Notes: generated from the sequence alone by a model not told the origin. DNA of 64,000 bases from Allosphingosinicella sp. (GCF_046293155.1 NZ_JBKBPQ010000014.1); one strand, 5' to 3'. Shown: positions 25,048-34,962, counted from the first letter of the stretch. A program made the numbers and translations.

Positions 25048-26938
25048 GTGGGCCGACGCCAGGCGCCGCCTGAGTTCCGAAGCCAGCGCCGAGCCCGGCC
25101 GCTGGCGCACCGAGCGGGCCATCTACCAGCGCGGCATCATGGACGCGATCTCCGATCCGGCGGTCGAAAGCGTCGTCGTGATGTCGTCGAGCCAGACCGG
25201 CAAGACGGAGGTGCTGCTCAACACCGTTGCGTTTCACATCGACCAGGACCCGGCGCCGGTGATGGTGGTGATGCCGACGGAACGGGATGCCGAGACCTGG
25301 TCGAAGGACCGTTTCTCGCCGATGGCGCGCGATACGCCCTGTCTGCATGGGAGAATCTCGGATCCGAAGTCGCGGGACGGGTCGAACAAGATCCTGCACA
25401 AGAAATTTCCCGGCGGGCATCTGACCATCGTCGGCGCCAATGCGCCGTCGGGCCTGGCCAGCCGGCCGATCCGCATCCTTCTGTGCGACGAGGTCGACCG
25501 CTATCCGTTCAGCGCCGGCGCCGAGGGCGATCCGGTCAATCTGGCGAAGAAGCGCACCGTCACCTTCTGGAACCGCAAGATCGTCCTGGTCTCGACGCCG
25601 ACCATCCGTGGCGCGAGCCGGATCGAGACCGCCTATGCCGAAAGCGACAGGCGCCGGTTCTTCGTGCCGTGCCCGGAATGCGGCGAGCATCAGACGCTGG
25701 TCTGGGAGCGGGTTCGCTGGGACCGCGATGCAGATGGCGCCCACCGGCCGGAGACCGCGCGATACCAATGCCGCCATTGTGGCGCGCTTTGGAGCGACGC
25801 CGAACGCTGGGCCGCCGTGCGCAGGGGCGAATGGCGGGCCGAGGCCCCGTTCGACGGCATCGCCGGCTTTCACCTGAACGAGGTCTATTCCTCCTGGGTT
25901 CGTCTGGAAGCCATGGTGCGCACCTTTCTGTCGGCGAAGGATCACGGCGACGAGGCGATGAAGACCTTCGTCAATACATCTCTGGGCGAGACATGGGTCG
26001 AAACCGGGGAAGCGCCGGACTGGCAGCGGCTCTACGACCGCAGGGAGAGCTGGCCGGCCGGCACGGTGCCGATGGGCGGCTTGTTTCTCACCGCCGGCGC
26101 CGACGTCCAGAAGGATCGCATCGAGGTCGATGTCTGGGCATGGGGGCGCGGGCTGGAGAGCTGGCTCGTCGACCACATCATCATCGAGGGCGGCCCCGAA
26201 CATGCCGCCGCATGGTCCGCGTTGGACGGTCTCTTGGGCCGCAACTGGCCGCACGCCTCTGGGGTGGCGATGGGCCTGTCGCGCCTCGCGATCGACACCG
26301 GCTTCGAGGCGCCGTCGGTCTACGGCTGGGCCCGGCGCGCCGGCTTCGCGCAGGTGGCGCCGGTCAAGGGTGTCGAGGGTTTCAATCGGGCGAGCCCGGT
26401 CTCCGGGCCGACCTATGTCGATGCGACCGCCGGCGGCAAGCGACTGCGGCGCGGCGCGCGGCTGTGGTCGGTCGCGGTCTCGACTTTCAAGGCCGAGACC
26501 TATCGCTACCTCCGGCTCGAACGGCCGACCGACGAGGAGCGTGCCGGAGGCGCGCGCTTTCCCGCAGGGACCATCCACCTGCCGGCTTGGGCCGACAGCG
26601 AGTGGTGCAAGCAGTTCGTCGCCGAGCAGCTGGTGACGGTGAAGACCAGGCGCGGGTTTCAGCGGCTCGAATGGCAGAAGCTGCGCGAACGCAACGAGGC
26701 GCTGGACTGCCGGGTCTATGCCCGTGCCGCCGCCTGGATCGCCGGCGCCGACCGCTGGGGCGAGGAGAAATGGCGCGATCTCGAACGCCAGGTCGGCTCG
26801 TTCGATCCGAGCAACACAGCGGCGCCAGAGACCACGGCCTGTGACCCCGGCACGCCAGAGATCGCCTCCGCGGGTCTGGTGCGACGAGCGCGTTCCCGGC
26901 GCGGCCGACGGGTGTTCACGCCAAGCTATCTGAGTTGA
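24962..26938 (+). CDS. Terminase large subunit, lambda GpA family
   Basis: PPPTLTISEWADARRRLSSEASAEPGRWRTERAIYQRGIMD and Walker A SSSQTGKTE. The start at 24962 is uncertain and would overlap terS by 86 nt. Confidence 0.93.
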   Translation: MLKGPARLAQATRKALTILAPPPTLTISEWADARRRLSSEASAEPGRWRTERAIYQRGIMDAISDPAVESVVVMSSSQTGKTEVLLNTVAFHIDQDPAPVMVVMPTERDAETWSKDRFSPMARDTPCLHGRISDPKSRDGSNKILHKKFPGGHLTIVGANAPSGLASRPIRILLCDEVDRYPFSAGAEGDPVNLAKKRTVTFWNRKIVLVSTPTIRGASRIETAYAESDRRRFFVPCPECGEHQTLVWERVRWDRDADGAHRPETARYQCRHCGALWSDAERWAAVRRGEWRAEAPFDGIAGFHLNEVYSSWVRLEAMVRTFLSAKDHGDEAMKTFVNTSLGETWVETGEAPDWQRLYDRRESWPAGTVPMGGLFLTAGADVQKDRIEVDVWAWGRGLESWLVDHIIIEGGPEHAAAWSALDGLLGRNWPHASGVAMGLSRLAIDTGFEAPSVYGWARRAGFAQVAPVKGVEGFNRASPVSGPTYVDATAGGKRLRRGARLWSVAVSTFKAETYRYLRLERPTDEERAGGARFPAGTIHLPAWADSEWCKQFVAEQLVTVKTRRGFQRLEWQKLRERNEALDCRVYARAAAWIAGADRWGEEKWRDLERQVGSFDPSNTAAPETTACDPGTPEIASAGLVRRARSRRGRRVFTPSYLS

Positions 26939-26948
26939 GACCGAGACC

Positions 26949-27161
26949 ATGACGCTTGAGGACATGATCGCGCGCCGCGATGCGCTGCTCGCCGCCCGAT
27001 GGCGCGGCGTGCGCACCGTCGAGGTCGAGGGGCGCCGCATCACCTATGCGAGCGATGCCGAAATGGCGGCCGCCCTCGGCGATCTCGAACGTCGGATCGC
27101 CGAGGAGCAAACCGGCGCGCGCCGTCGCATCGTTCGCACGACGGCAAGCAAGGGGCTCTGA
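26949..27161 (+). CDS. gpW-like head-tail joining protein
   Basis: 70 aa, between terminase and portal as in lambda. Confidence 0.65.
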   Translation: MTLEDMIARRDALLAARWRGVRTVEVEGRRITYASDAEMAAALGDLERRIAEEQTGARRRIVRTTASKGL

Positions 27162-27164
27162 CCC

Positions 27165-28640
27165 GTGTTGGAATCGATCACACGGTGGCGCCGCCGCATC
27201 GGCGCTCTGGTGGGCGGCTTTGAGGCGGGACAGGGAAGCCGAAGGCTGCGGCACTTCCAGCCGAGCCGTGCGCATCTCAACACGCTGATCGCCGCCGCCG
27301 GCGCCGACATCACCGCGCGCGCCCGCTGGCTCGTGCGCAACAACGGCTATGCGGCGAACGCCATCGAGAGTTGGGCCGGCAATGTGGTGGGCGACGGCAT
27401 CAAGCCGTCGTCCCTGATCGCCGATGCCGATCTCAAGGCGCGCGTGCAGCGCCTCTGGCTCGACTGGACCGACGACAGCGACGCCGAAGGCTTTACCGAT
27501 TTCTATGGTCAGCAGCGGCGCGCCGCGCGCGAGGTGTTCATCGCCGGCGAGGTGTTCTTCCGCTTCCGTCCGCGCCGGCCCGAGGACGGGCTCATGGTGC
27601 CGCTGCAGCTGCAGATGATCCCCTCCGAGATGCTGCCGCTCTCGCGCAATGAGCAGGTGGCGGGCGGCAGTGTCATTCGCCAGGGCATCGAATTCGACCG
27701 TATCGGCAGGCGTGTGGCCTACCACTTCCTGCGCCGCCATCCCGGCGACGTGACCGATCCGGGCCTCTCCGGCGAGACAGTGCGGGTGCCGGCGTCCGAG
27801 GTCATCCACGTGATCGATCCGGTCGATGCGGGGCAGTTGCGCGGGATTTCCCGCTTCGCGCCGGGCATCGTGAAGCTATTCCTGCTCGACCAGTACGACG
27901 ATGCCGAGCTCGACCGGAAGAAGGTCGCGGCGATGCATGCGCTCTTCATCACCACGCCGGCGCCGGCGGAGCCCTTCGACATTGCCGAGAGCGACGAAGG
28001 CGGCGAGCGGACGATGGATCTGCAGCCCGGCCAGATCGTCATGCTGGAGCCGGGCGAAGAGGTGCAGACCTCGGCGCCGGCGGATGTCGGCCAGACCTAC
28101 GAGCCGTTCCAGTACCGCACGCTGCTGCAGGTCTCGGCGGCGCTCGGCATTCCGTATGCGTATCTGTCGAACGACATGCTGAAGGCGAACTACTCGAACT
28201 CGCGGCTCGCGCTCCTCGAGTTTCGCCGCCGCATTGAGGCCTACCAGCACTCGGTCATGGTCTGGCAGATCTGTCGACGGGTCTGGGCGCGATGGCTCGA
28301 TACGGCGGTCATGGCGGGCGCGATTGCCTTGCCCGATTACGAACAGAAGAGGCGCATTTATCTCGGCTGTTCCTGGCTGCCGCCCAAATGGGACTGGGTC
28401 GATCCGCTGAAGGACGCGCGCGCCGAGATCGAACAGATCGAGGCGGGGCTGAAGAGCCGGACGCAGGCGCTCGCCGAGCGCGGCTATGACGCCGATCAGG
28501 TCGATGCCGAGATTGCTGCGGACCGTGCGCGAGAGCGTCAGCTTGGCCTCTCCTTCGGCAGCGCATCCTCCGACCCCACGCTGCTGAACGATGCTCAGGC
28601 AGCACCAGCGGACAACCAGGCGAACGTCGCCGCCGACTGA
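27165..28640 (+). CDS. Portal protein, lambda family
   Basis: ARARWLVRNNGYAANAIESWAGNVVGDGIKP and overall length. GTG start. Confidence 0.93.
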   Translation: MLESITRWRRRIGALVGGFEAGQGSRRLRHFQPSRAHLNTLIAAAGADITARARWLVRNNGYAANAIESWAGNVVGDGIKPSSLIADADLKARVQRLWLDWTDDSDAEGFTDFYGQQRRAAREVFIAGEVFFRFRPRRPEDGLMVPLQLQMIPSEMLPLSRNEQVAGGSVIRQGIEFDRIGRRVAYHFLRRHPGDVTDPGLSGETVRVPASEVIHVIDPVDAGQLRGISRFAPGIVKLFLLDQYDDAELDRKKVAAMHALFITTPAPAEPFDIAESDEGGERTMDLQPGQIVMLEPGEEVQTSAPADVGQTYEPFQYRTLLQVSAALGIPYAYLSNDMLKANYSNSRLALLEFRRRIEAYQHSVMVWQICRRVWARWLDTAVMAGAIALPDYEQKRRIYLGCSWLPPKWDWVDPLKDARAEIEQIEAGLKSRTQALAERGYDADQVDAEIAADRARERQLGLSFGSASSDPTLLNDAQAAPADNQANVAAD

Positions 28641-28647
28641 GGTTTTC

Positions 28648-29964
28648 ATGACCGTTTCTCAACCGCTGCTCGCCCGGTTCGGCGGCCGGCCCTTGGCGAT
28701 CGCCCCGCGAGCGCTCGACGGCCTGCTCGCCGCCGGCCCAATGCTCGATACACGCCAGGCCATGCATACGGCCCGCGATGCGCCGCCGGTGGCGAGCCAT
28801 TCCGTTACCGGTCCCGGCATCGCCGTGGTGCCGATCCTCGGACCGTTGGTGACGCGTGGCGACTGGCTCACCAGTCTTCTGGGCGCCAGCGACTATGGCG
28901 AAATCGCCTCCGCCGTGGAAGCCGCGCTGGCCGATCCAGCCGCGCGGGCCGTGTTGCTGGAGCTGGACTCGCCGGGCGGCGAGGTCGGCGGTCTCTTCGA
29001 CCTGGTCGATCGCCTCGTGTCGTTGCGCGAAGCCGCGCAGAAGCCGCTCTGGGCTGTCGCGAGCGAAAGCGCGCTGTCGGCTGCCTTTGCCATCGCCAGT
29101 GTGGCGGACCGCCTTTACGTCACCCGGACGGCGGAGGTCGGATCCATTGGTGTCGTCGCCATCCATGTCGACGAGAGCGTCGCCGACGTCATGGCCGGCC
29201 TCAAATGGACGCTCGTTCACGCGGGCGACCGCAAGATCGAGGGCAATGCCCACGAGCCGCTCTCGGATACGGCGTTGTCGGCGATCCAGGCGGATGTCGA
29301 CGCGCTCCATGCCGACCTCGTCACCCTGGTGGCGCGCAATCGGAACATGAGTCCCGACGCCGTGCGCGCCACCGAAGCCGCGATCTATCGGGGTCAGCGC
29401 GGCATAGACGCCGGCCTCGCCGACAAGCTCGGCACTGTCGATCTCGCTCTTGTGGATCTCGCCAGGGCGCTGGACCCGCCACGCCTCATTGCGGGCGCAT
29501 CGCAACGTGCCCGCGCTCATCAACCTTCAAGGAGAAAGACCGCAATGACAGTAAAACCCGACCTCAACCCGGCTGCCGAAGACGCGGCTGTCGAAGAGAC
29601 GAACGCGTCCGATCCGGAAACTCTCGGAACGCCGCAACCAGCGGCGCCCGCCGCGCCGCCGGAGGCGACGGAGGCGCAGACGGATCAAACGGCCGAGCGG
29701 CTGCGCGCCGAATATGCGGAGATCGCCGCCATCGCCGCCCAAGGCGCCCGGCTGGGCGTCGCCATCGACGCCGCCGACGCCATGGCGAAGGGGGTGGCGC
29801 CGCATGCGCTGCGAAGCTCCATCCTCGACGCCCTCGCGGCACGCGCCGAGGCGAGCTCTGTCGTCGCCGTGGCGCCGTCACTAGCCGGCTCGCCGGCCTC
29901 GAACGGCGGCGAAAGCCCCATCGTGCGTCGTGCGCGTGAGCGCGCCTCGGCCAACCGCAGCTGA
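28648..29964 (+). CDS. S49 (ClpP-like) head maturation protease with scaffold-like C-terminus
   Basis: LELDSPGGEVGG ... SAAFAIASVADRLYVTRTAEVGSIGV. Confidence 0.9.
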   Translation: MTVSQPLLARFGGRPLAIAPRALDGLLAAGPMLDTRQAMHTARDAPPVASHSVTGPGIAVVPILGPLVTRGDWLTSLLGASDYGEIASAVEAALADPAARAVLLELDSPGGEVGGLFDLVDRLVSLREAAQKPLWAVASESALSAAFAIASVADRLYVTRTAEVGSIGVVAIHVDESVADVMAGLKWTLVHAGDRKIEGNAHEPLSDTALSAIQADVDALHADLVTLVARNRNMSPDAVRATEAAIYRGQRGIDAGLADKLGTVDLALVDLARALDPPRLIAGASQRARAHQPSRRKTAMTVKPDLNPAAEDAAVEETNASDPETLGTPQPAAPAAPPEATEAQTDQTAERLRAEYAEIAAIAAQGARLGVAIDAADAMAKGVAPHALRSSILDALAARAEASSVVAVAPSLAGSPASNGGESPIVRRARERASANRS

Positions 29965-29981
29965 CGACAAGGAGGATCATC

Positions 29982-30371
29982 ATGACCATTCTCACCATGT
30001 CGCCGACCCTCGGCGACCTGCTCAAATACGAGCTCAATGCGAGCTACTGCCGCGAGGCTGTGACCCTCAAGGCTGACACGAACTACGCGCTCGGATCCGT
30101 CCTCGGCCGGATCACCGCCTCGGGCAAGTACCGCCTGTCGCCGGACGCCGAGGTCGTCGGAGACGAGGGTGCGGAGGTCGCAACGGCCGTCCTGATCGAG
30201 GCGGTCGACGCGACGGCTGGCGACAGGACCGGCCTCGTCGTCGCCCGCGGCCCGGCGATCGTGTCCAAAGCGGCGCTCGTCTTCGATGCCTCCGTCGATG
30301 ACGCGGCCAAGACGGCCGCCAAGCACGCCGAGCTGAGCTCTGCCGGCATCGTGCCGCGCGACACCGCCTGA
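29982..30371 (+). CDS. Head decoration protein (gpD-like)
   Basis: 129 aa, immediately upstream of the gpE-like capsid gene. Confidence 0.7.
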   Translation: MTILTMSPTLGDLLKYELNASYCREAVTLKADTNYALGSVLGRITASGKYRLSPDAEVVGDEGAEVATAVLIEAVDATAGDRTGLVVARGPAIVSKAALVFDASVDDAAKTAAKHAELSSAGIVPRDTA

Positions 30372-30400
30372 TCCACGCTCGTCAGGTCCAATCCGTCACC

Positions 30401-30432
30401 GGCTCCGAGGCGTCCGCCTTCGGGGCCTTTTT
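30401..30432 (+). terminator. Intrinsic terminator-like hairpin between the decoration and capsid genes
   Basis: GGCTCCGAGGCG-TC-CGCCTTCGGGGCC (one mismatch, one bulge) followed by TTTTT. Confidence 0.5.
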
Positions 30433-30465
30433 CATGCCCGTTCCATCCCAAGGAGATCCGACATC

Positions 30466-31488
30466 ATGGTCGCCATGATCAACCCGTTCGACGCGGGCGG
30501 CTACTCGCTCGCCGAGATGACCCAGGCCATCAACATCCTGCCCAACGTCTATACCCGGCTCGGGCAGATGGGCCTCTTCCGCTTCGAGGGCGTGACCCAG
30601 CGCTCCGTCGTCATCGAGCAGGCCGAAGGCGTGCTGAACCTGCTGCCCACCGTGCCGCTGGGCGGCCCCGCCACCGTCGCCAACCGCGACACGCGCTCCA
30701 TGCGCTCCTTCACGGTGCCGTGGATTCCCCACGACGACGTGATCACGCCGCAGGACATCCAGGGCGTGCGCGGCTTTGGCGTGGCCGACGCCGCCGATCC
30801 GCTCGCCACCGTCATGGAGCGCAAGCTCACCCGCATGCGGGTCAAGCACGCCCAGACGCGCGAGTACATGGAGGTCAACGCGTTGCGCGGCATCGTCAAG
30901 GACGGCGCCGGCACCACGCTCTACAACTACTTCACCGAGTTCGGGCTGGCGCAGCTGGAGACGGACTTCGTGCTCGGCACCGCCGGCACCCAGGTTCAAG
31001 GCAAGGTGCGCGACGTGCTCAGGAAGGTCGAGACCGAGCTCAAGGGCGAGACCATGACCGGCGTGCTGGCGCTGGTGAGCCCGGAGTTCTTCGACAAGCT
31101 GATCGGCCACGCCAAGGTCGAGGAGGCCTACAAGTACTATTCCTCGACCGGGGCGCAGCCGCTGCGCGAGGATACCCGCCGCCGCTTTCCCTTCGCCGGT
31201 ATCCTGTTCGAGGAGTACAACGCCACCGTCACGCTCTCGACCGGCGCGACGGAAACGCTGATCCCCTCTGGCGAGGGCATCGCCTTCCCGCTCGGCACGC
31301 TCGACACCTTCGTCACCCACGGCGCGCCCGCCAACCTGATCGAGACGGTGAACACGGTCGGACTGCCGATCTACGCCCGGCAGATCGCTCGACCCGACGG
31401 CAGCGCCATCGAGGTCAAGACCGAGGCCTCGATCCTGCCGATCAACAAGCGTCCGCGTCTCGCCGTGCGCATCTTCTCCAGCAACTGA
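30466..31488 (+). CDS. Major capsid protein, lambda gpE family
   Basis: 340 aa. N-terminal FDAGGYSLAEMTQAINILPNVYTRLGQMGLF is typical of this family. Confidence 0.93.
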   Translation: MVAMINPFDAGGYSLAEMTQAINILPNVYTRLGQMGLFRFEGVTQRSVVIEQAEGVLNLLPTVPLGGPATVANRDTRSMRSFTVPWIPHDDVITPQDIQGVRGFGVADAADPLATVMERKLTRMRVKHAQTREYMEVNALRGIVKDGAGTTLYNYFTEFGLAQLETDFVLGTAGTQVQGKVRDVLRKVETELKGETMTGVLALVSPEFFDKLIGHAKVEEAYKYYSSTGAQPLREDTRRRFPFAGILFEEYNATVTLSTGATETLIPSGEGIAFPLGTLDTFVTHGAPANLIETVNTVGLPIYARQIARPDGSAIEVKTEASILPINKRPRLAVRIFSSN

Positions 31489-31490
31489 GC

Positions 31491-31805
31491 ATGAGCATCT
31501 TTGCAGAGGCGATCGACGACCTTTTCGCCGATCCCAATCTCGCGCGGGATGCCGCCTGGCGTGCAGGCGGCACGGGTGCGCCGGTGACCGTCCGGATTGT
31601 CTTGCGACAGCCGGATCGTGTCGAGAGCTTCGGCGAGACGCGCATCTGGAGCGAAAGCGTCATTGGCGATGTGAGAACGCACGACGCCCCGAGCCTGGCG
31701 GAAGCAGACGTCTTCGAAATCGACGGCGCCGACTACGTAATCCAGGGAGAGCCCGTGCGCGACAGCGAACGCCTTGTCTGGACCGTGGAGCTGAGACCGG
31801 CATGA
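31491..31805 (+). CDS. Head-tail connector/adaptor-like protein
   Basis: Internal ATG at 31491, 3 nt after the capsid stop. Assigned by synteny. Confidence 0.5.
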   Translation: MSIFAEAIDDLFADPNLARDAAWRAGGTGAPVTVRIVLRQPDRVESFGETRIWSESVIGDVRTHDAPSLAEADVFEIDGADYVIQGEPVRDSERLVWTVELRPA

Positions 31806-32449
31806 GGCTGTCCGCGACCATCATCGGTGACCTTGGTCGCATCATGGCCGAGGAGGTCAAGGCGGCCGAAAAGGCTGTCACGGCCGGTGTCGGTGAGGCG
31901 GCGGAGGGACTCAAGACCGAGCTCAGAACGCAGATCACCAATGCGGGGCTCGGCCCTCGGCTGGCGCGCACCTGGCGGTCCGAGACCTTCCCCAAGGGCC
32001 AGAACAGCATCCGGGCGGCGGGGCTCGTCTGGTCGAAAGCGCCGGGCATCATTCGCATTTACGAAGACGGCGCCACCATCCGGTCGACCAAGGGTTTCTT
32101 CCTGGCCATTCCGACCGCTGCCGCCGGACGCTTCGGCGACGGTGGCCGCAAGATTACGCCCGGCGGATGGGAACGGCGTACCGGGCAGCGGCTGCGCTTC
32201 GTCTACCGGCGCCACGCTGCGTCTCTGCTCGTCGCCGACAACATGCGGGCGCGGACGGGGAAGTGGGGCGGATACGCCAGAGCCAGTGCCGCCGCTGTGC
32301 GGAGCGGGCGCGGCTTGGTGACCGTGCCGATCTTCATTCTGGTGCCGCAGGTGACATTCAGGAAGCGGCTCGATGTCGCCTCCGCCGCGAACACCTGGCA
32401 GGAGCGGCTGCCCGGCCTGGTCGTCCGCAACTGGGTCGATGGGCGGTAG
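31802..32449 (+). CDS. Head-tail joining / tail completion-like protein
   Basis: ATGA overlap. Assigned by synteny between the capsid and tail tube genes. Confidence 0.55.
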   Translation: MRLSATIIGDLGRIMAEEVKAAEKAVTAGVGEAAEGLKTELRTQITNAGLGPRLARTWRSETFPKGQNSIRAAGLVWSKAPGIIRIYEDGATIRSTKGFFLAIPTAAAGRFGDGGRKITPGGWERRTGQRLRFVYRRHAASLLVADNMRARTGKWGGYARASAAAVRSGRGLVTVPIFILVPQVTFRKRLDVASAANTWQERLPGLVVRNWVDGR

Positions 32450-32543
32450 CCCCGTCTTCGCCTTCTTCGCATCCCGGTGCATGTGCGCGCCGCACCGTGT
32501 GCGGAGAGATCACCTGCATTGGCCGCAAGTTTAAGGAAAACCA

Positions 32544-32978
32544 GTGTCCAGCCGCCGTGAAGCCATCCTCGGAGCCCTCTTCCAGACGCTCGACACCGCG
32601 TTGGCAGCGAACGTGCGTCGCAATGAAGTGTTGCCCGAGAAGGTGCCGGCATCCGGTCTCGTCATCCTGCGCGACGGCGATCCGGGCGAGCCGGACGTCA
32701 CACTCAATCCGCGCACGGAATTCTACGCCCACAGGGTCGAGATCGAGGTCTATGTGCTCCGCGATCCCACGGGCGGAGGCGAGGCAGCGCTCGATGCGCT
32801 TCTCGGATCGATCGGTGTGGCGCTCAGGATCGATTCGTCGCTCGGCGGGCTCGCCGAGAACCTGACGCCGTCGGCGCCGGAAACCGGAGCGCTGGCGATC
32901 GAGGGGGCGGCCCCGGTCCTCACCGCCCGGCTCGTCGTCACGGTCGAATACCTGGTGAGCGATCCGCTCACCAACTGA
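32544..32978 (+). CDS. Tail terminator-like protein
   Basis: GTG start with an AAGGAAAA RBS. Assigned by synteny. Confidence 0.55.
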   Translation: MSSRREAILGALFQTLDTALAANVRRNEVLPEKVPASGLVILRDGDPGEPDVTLNPRTEFYAHRVEIEVYVLRDPTGGGEAALDALLGSIGVALRIDSSLGGLAENLTPSAPETGALAIEGAAPVLTARLVVTVEYLVSDPLTN

Positions 32979-33000
32979 TCTTCAGGAACAGGAGTTATCC

Positions 33001-34272
33001 ATGCCCAAGGTGCGCGCTTACGGCGCGGACGCCACGCTGAAGGCTTGCCGCGAGGCGAGCTACGGCGTGGCTCCGCTCTCCGGCTATCGAAGCCTCGATT
33101 TCAAGTCGACCGATCTCTCTTCGGCGCAGCCGCTTGGGGACGACCCGCTCCTGGGGCGCGGACGCAACGCGCAGGATCCCTACCGGGGCCTCATCACCGA
33201 TGAGGGGCAGATCGATATCCCGTTCGATCTGCGCGGCACCGGCTTCTGGCTGACCGGCCTGTTTGGCGACCCCATGACGGCGGCGGTCAATGCCTCTGGC
33301 TCGATTTCCTTCGCGGCCAATCCCTCGCCCGGGGCGACCATCACGCTGGGTGGCACGGTCTGGACGTTCGTCTCCGGGACGCCATCGGGCGACGAGACGG
33401 AAATCCAGGCGACGGTCACTCAGACCCTCGATCAACTGGTCAGCGATCTGAATGCCTCTGCCGATGTTGAGGTGGCGAAATGCACCTATTCCCGGCCGAC
33501 CAGCACCCAGACGCTGGTGATCGTGTTCGACACGGCCGGCCCGAGTGGTAACAGCTTCACCCTTGCAGCATCGGCGGCGAGCGTGTCCGGCCCGACGCTG
33601 ACCGGTGGCGGCTATGCCCATGTCTGGGAGAGCGGCGCCGACGACATCCCGAGCTACACGATCGAGATCGGCCACCCCAAGCTCACGACGCCGGTGTTCT
33701 TCCGCCATCTCGGCACGGTGATGGAAAGCATCAATTTCGAGATGGGTCAGGAGGGACCGGCCAATGCTCGCCTGCAGCTCGTGGCGCAGGGCGAGGAACG
33801 TTTCGCGGCCACGGTCGACGGCAGCCCGGACGCCGTCTCGCTGCGTCGCTTCAGCCAGGGGCGCGGCTTCATCCGGCGTGGCGGATCGGCGCTGGCGGGT
33901 GTCACCGGCGGCAGTCTCACCTTCTCGAACAATCTCGAACGGGTGCGGGTGATCCGCGAGGACGGCAAGATCGAAGCGGCCGATCCGACCTTCGCGTCCG
34001 CCGAAGGCGCGATGTCGGTGCGCTTCGACGGCGCGACGCTGGTCGCCGAGGCCGCCAATGGCGATCCCGTCGCACTGGATTACGGCTTCACCTTCCCCGA
34101 GGGCTACGCGCTCCGCTTCGAGCTGCCGCGCGTCTTCCTGCCCAAGCCCAAATACGCCGTTTCCGGCCCCGGCGGGGTCGAGGCGAGCTTCGACTGGCGC
34201 GCCGCCTTCGACGACAGCGAGGGCACGATGCTGCGCGCGCATCTCCTGAACGACGTCACCAGCTACGCATGA
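33001..34272 (+). CDS. Major tail (tube) protein, enlarged
   Basis: Position immediately upstream of the chaperone and tape-measure genes. 423 aa. Confidence 0.6.
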   Translation: MPKVRAYGADATLKACREASYGVAPLSGYRSLDFKSTDLSSAQPLGDDPLLGRGRNAQDPYRGLITDEGQIDIPFDLRGTGFWLTGLFGDPMTAAVNASGSISFAANPSPGATITLGGTVWTFVSGTPSGDETEIQATVTQTLDQLVSDLNASADVEVAKCTYSRPTSTQTLVIVFDTAGPSGNSFTLAASAASVSGPTLTGGGYAHVWESGADDIPSYTIEIGHPKLTTPVFFRHLGTVMESINFEMGQEGPANARLQLVAQGEERFAATVDGSPDAVSLRRFSQGRGFIRRGGSALAGVTGGSLTFSNNLERVRVIREDGKIEAADPTFASAEGAMSVRFDGATLVAEAANGDPVALDYGFTFPEGYALRFELPRVFLPKPKYAVSGPGGVEASFDWRAAFDDSEGTMLRAHLLNDVTSYA

Positions 34273-34282
34273 GGCAAATCCT

Positions 34283-34732
34283 ATGATCCGTCTTGATCTC
34301 TCCCGCGAGCCGCGCTGGCTCGATCTCGGCCACGGCGTACGCCTGCGCGTGGGGCCGCTGACCACCGCACTCATGGCCGCCGCACGAAGCGACCCGGCCG
34401 TCACCAGCCTGCCGGAGGGGGCATCGAACGAGACCATCGCGGTTGTGATGGCCAAGGCACTCGCGCGGCTCGTGGTCGAGGACTGGGAGGGCGTCGGCGA
34501 CGCCGAGGGTACCCCTGTGCCGGTCACGCCGGAAGGGATCGATGCGCTGCTCGATATCCTGCCGCTCTTCGAGTCCTTCCAGCTGCGCTACGTCTCGAAG
34601 GGCCTGCTGCTGGAAGCGGAAAAAAACGACTCCGCGCCCTTGCCGAGTGGCATTTCAGCGGGGGCGACCAGTATTGCCGATCCTGTCATGTCAACACAGG
34701 GCGCATCTGCGGCGAGTGTCCAGCCGTCCTGA
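34283..34732 (+). CDS. Tail assembly chaperone (G-like, zero-frame product)
   Basis: Position before the tape measure gene. Contains the A_AAA_AAC slippery site. Confidence 0.75.
   Translation: MIRLDLSREPRWLDLGHGVRLRVGPLTTALMAAARSDPAVTSLPEGASNETIAVVMAKALARLVVEDWEGVGDAEGTPVPVTPEGIDALLDILPLFESFQLRYVSKGLLLEAEKNDSAPLPSGISAGATSIADPVMSTQGASAASVQPS
34621..34627 (+). promoter_or_regulatory. -1 programmed ribosomal frameshift heptamer A_AAA_AAC
   Basis: In the zero frame the sequence reads GAA AAA AAC (E K N). The -1 frame is open from 34627 to 34962. Confidence 0.7.
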
Positions 34733-34962
34733 ACCGCCCCGTCACGATCGAGGGCTTTCAGGTCTGGGATCTCGCCTTGCGGCTCACCGGACAGCTGCGC
34801 GTCGTTCCTGGCGCGGTCCTGGGGCTGGATATGACAGCGGCGCTCGCGATCGCCGAGGCGCTCGGGCTCAACACACTCATCTGCGCGGAGCTCTTGCCGG
34901 ACATCGAGGCAATGATGGTGCGCGGTCTCAATGCGCAAATGAAGGCTGAACACGATGGCTGA
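34627..34962 (+). CDS. -1 frame extension of the tail chaperone (GT-like fusion C-terminus)
   Basis: My translation RLRALAEWHFSGGDQYCRSCHVNTGRICGEC...MKAEHDG has no stop. The end overlaps the tape measure start by 8 nt. Confidence 0.65.
   Translation, partial: RLRALAEWHFSGGDQYCRSCHVNTGRICGECPAVLNRPVTIEGFQVWDLALRLTGQLRVVPGAVLGLDMTAALAIAEALGLNTLICAELLPDIEAMMVRGLNAQMKAEHDG

Noticed and set aside
24914-27043. 709-aa minus-strand ORF and 598-aa plus-strand alternate-frame ORF across the large terminase gene
   Set aside because: The GpA-family terminase frame (24962-26938) carries clear family motifs. The others are Arg/Pro/Gly-rich shadow frames.
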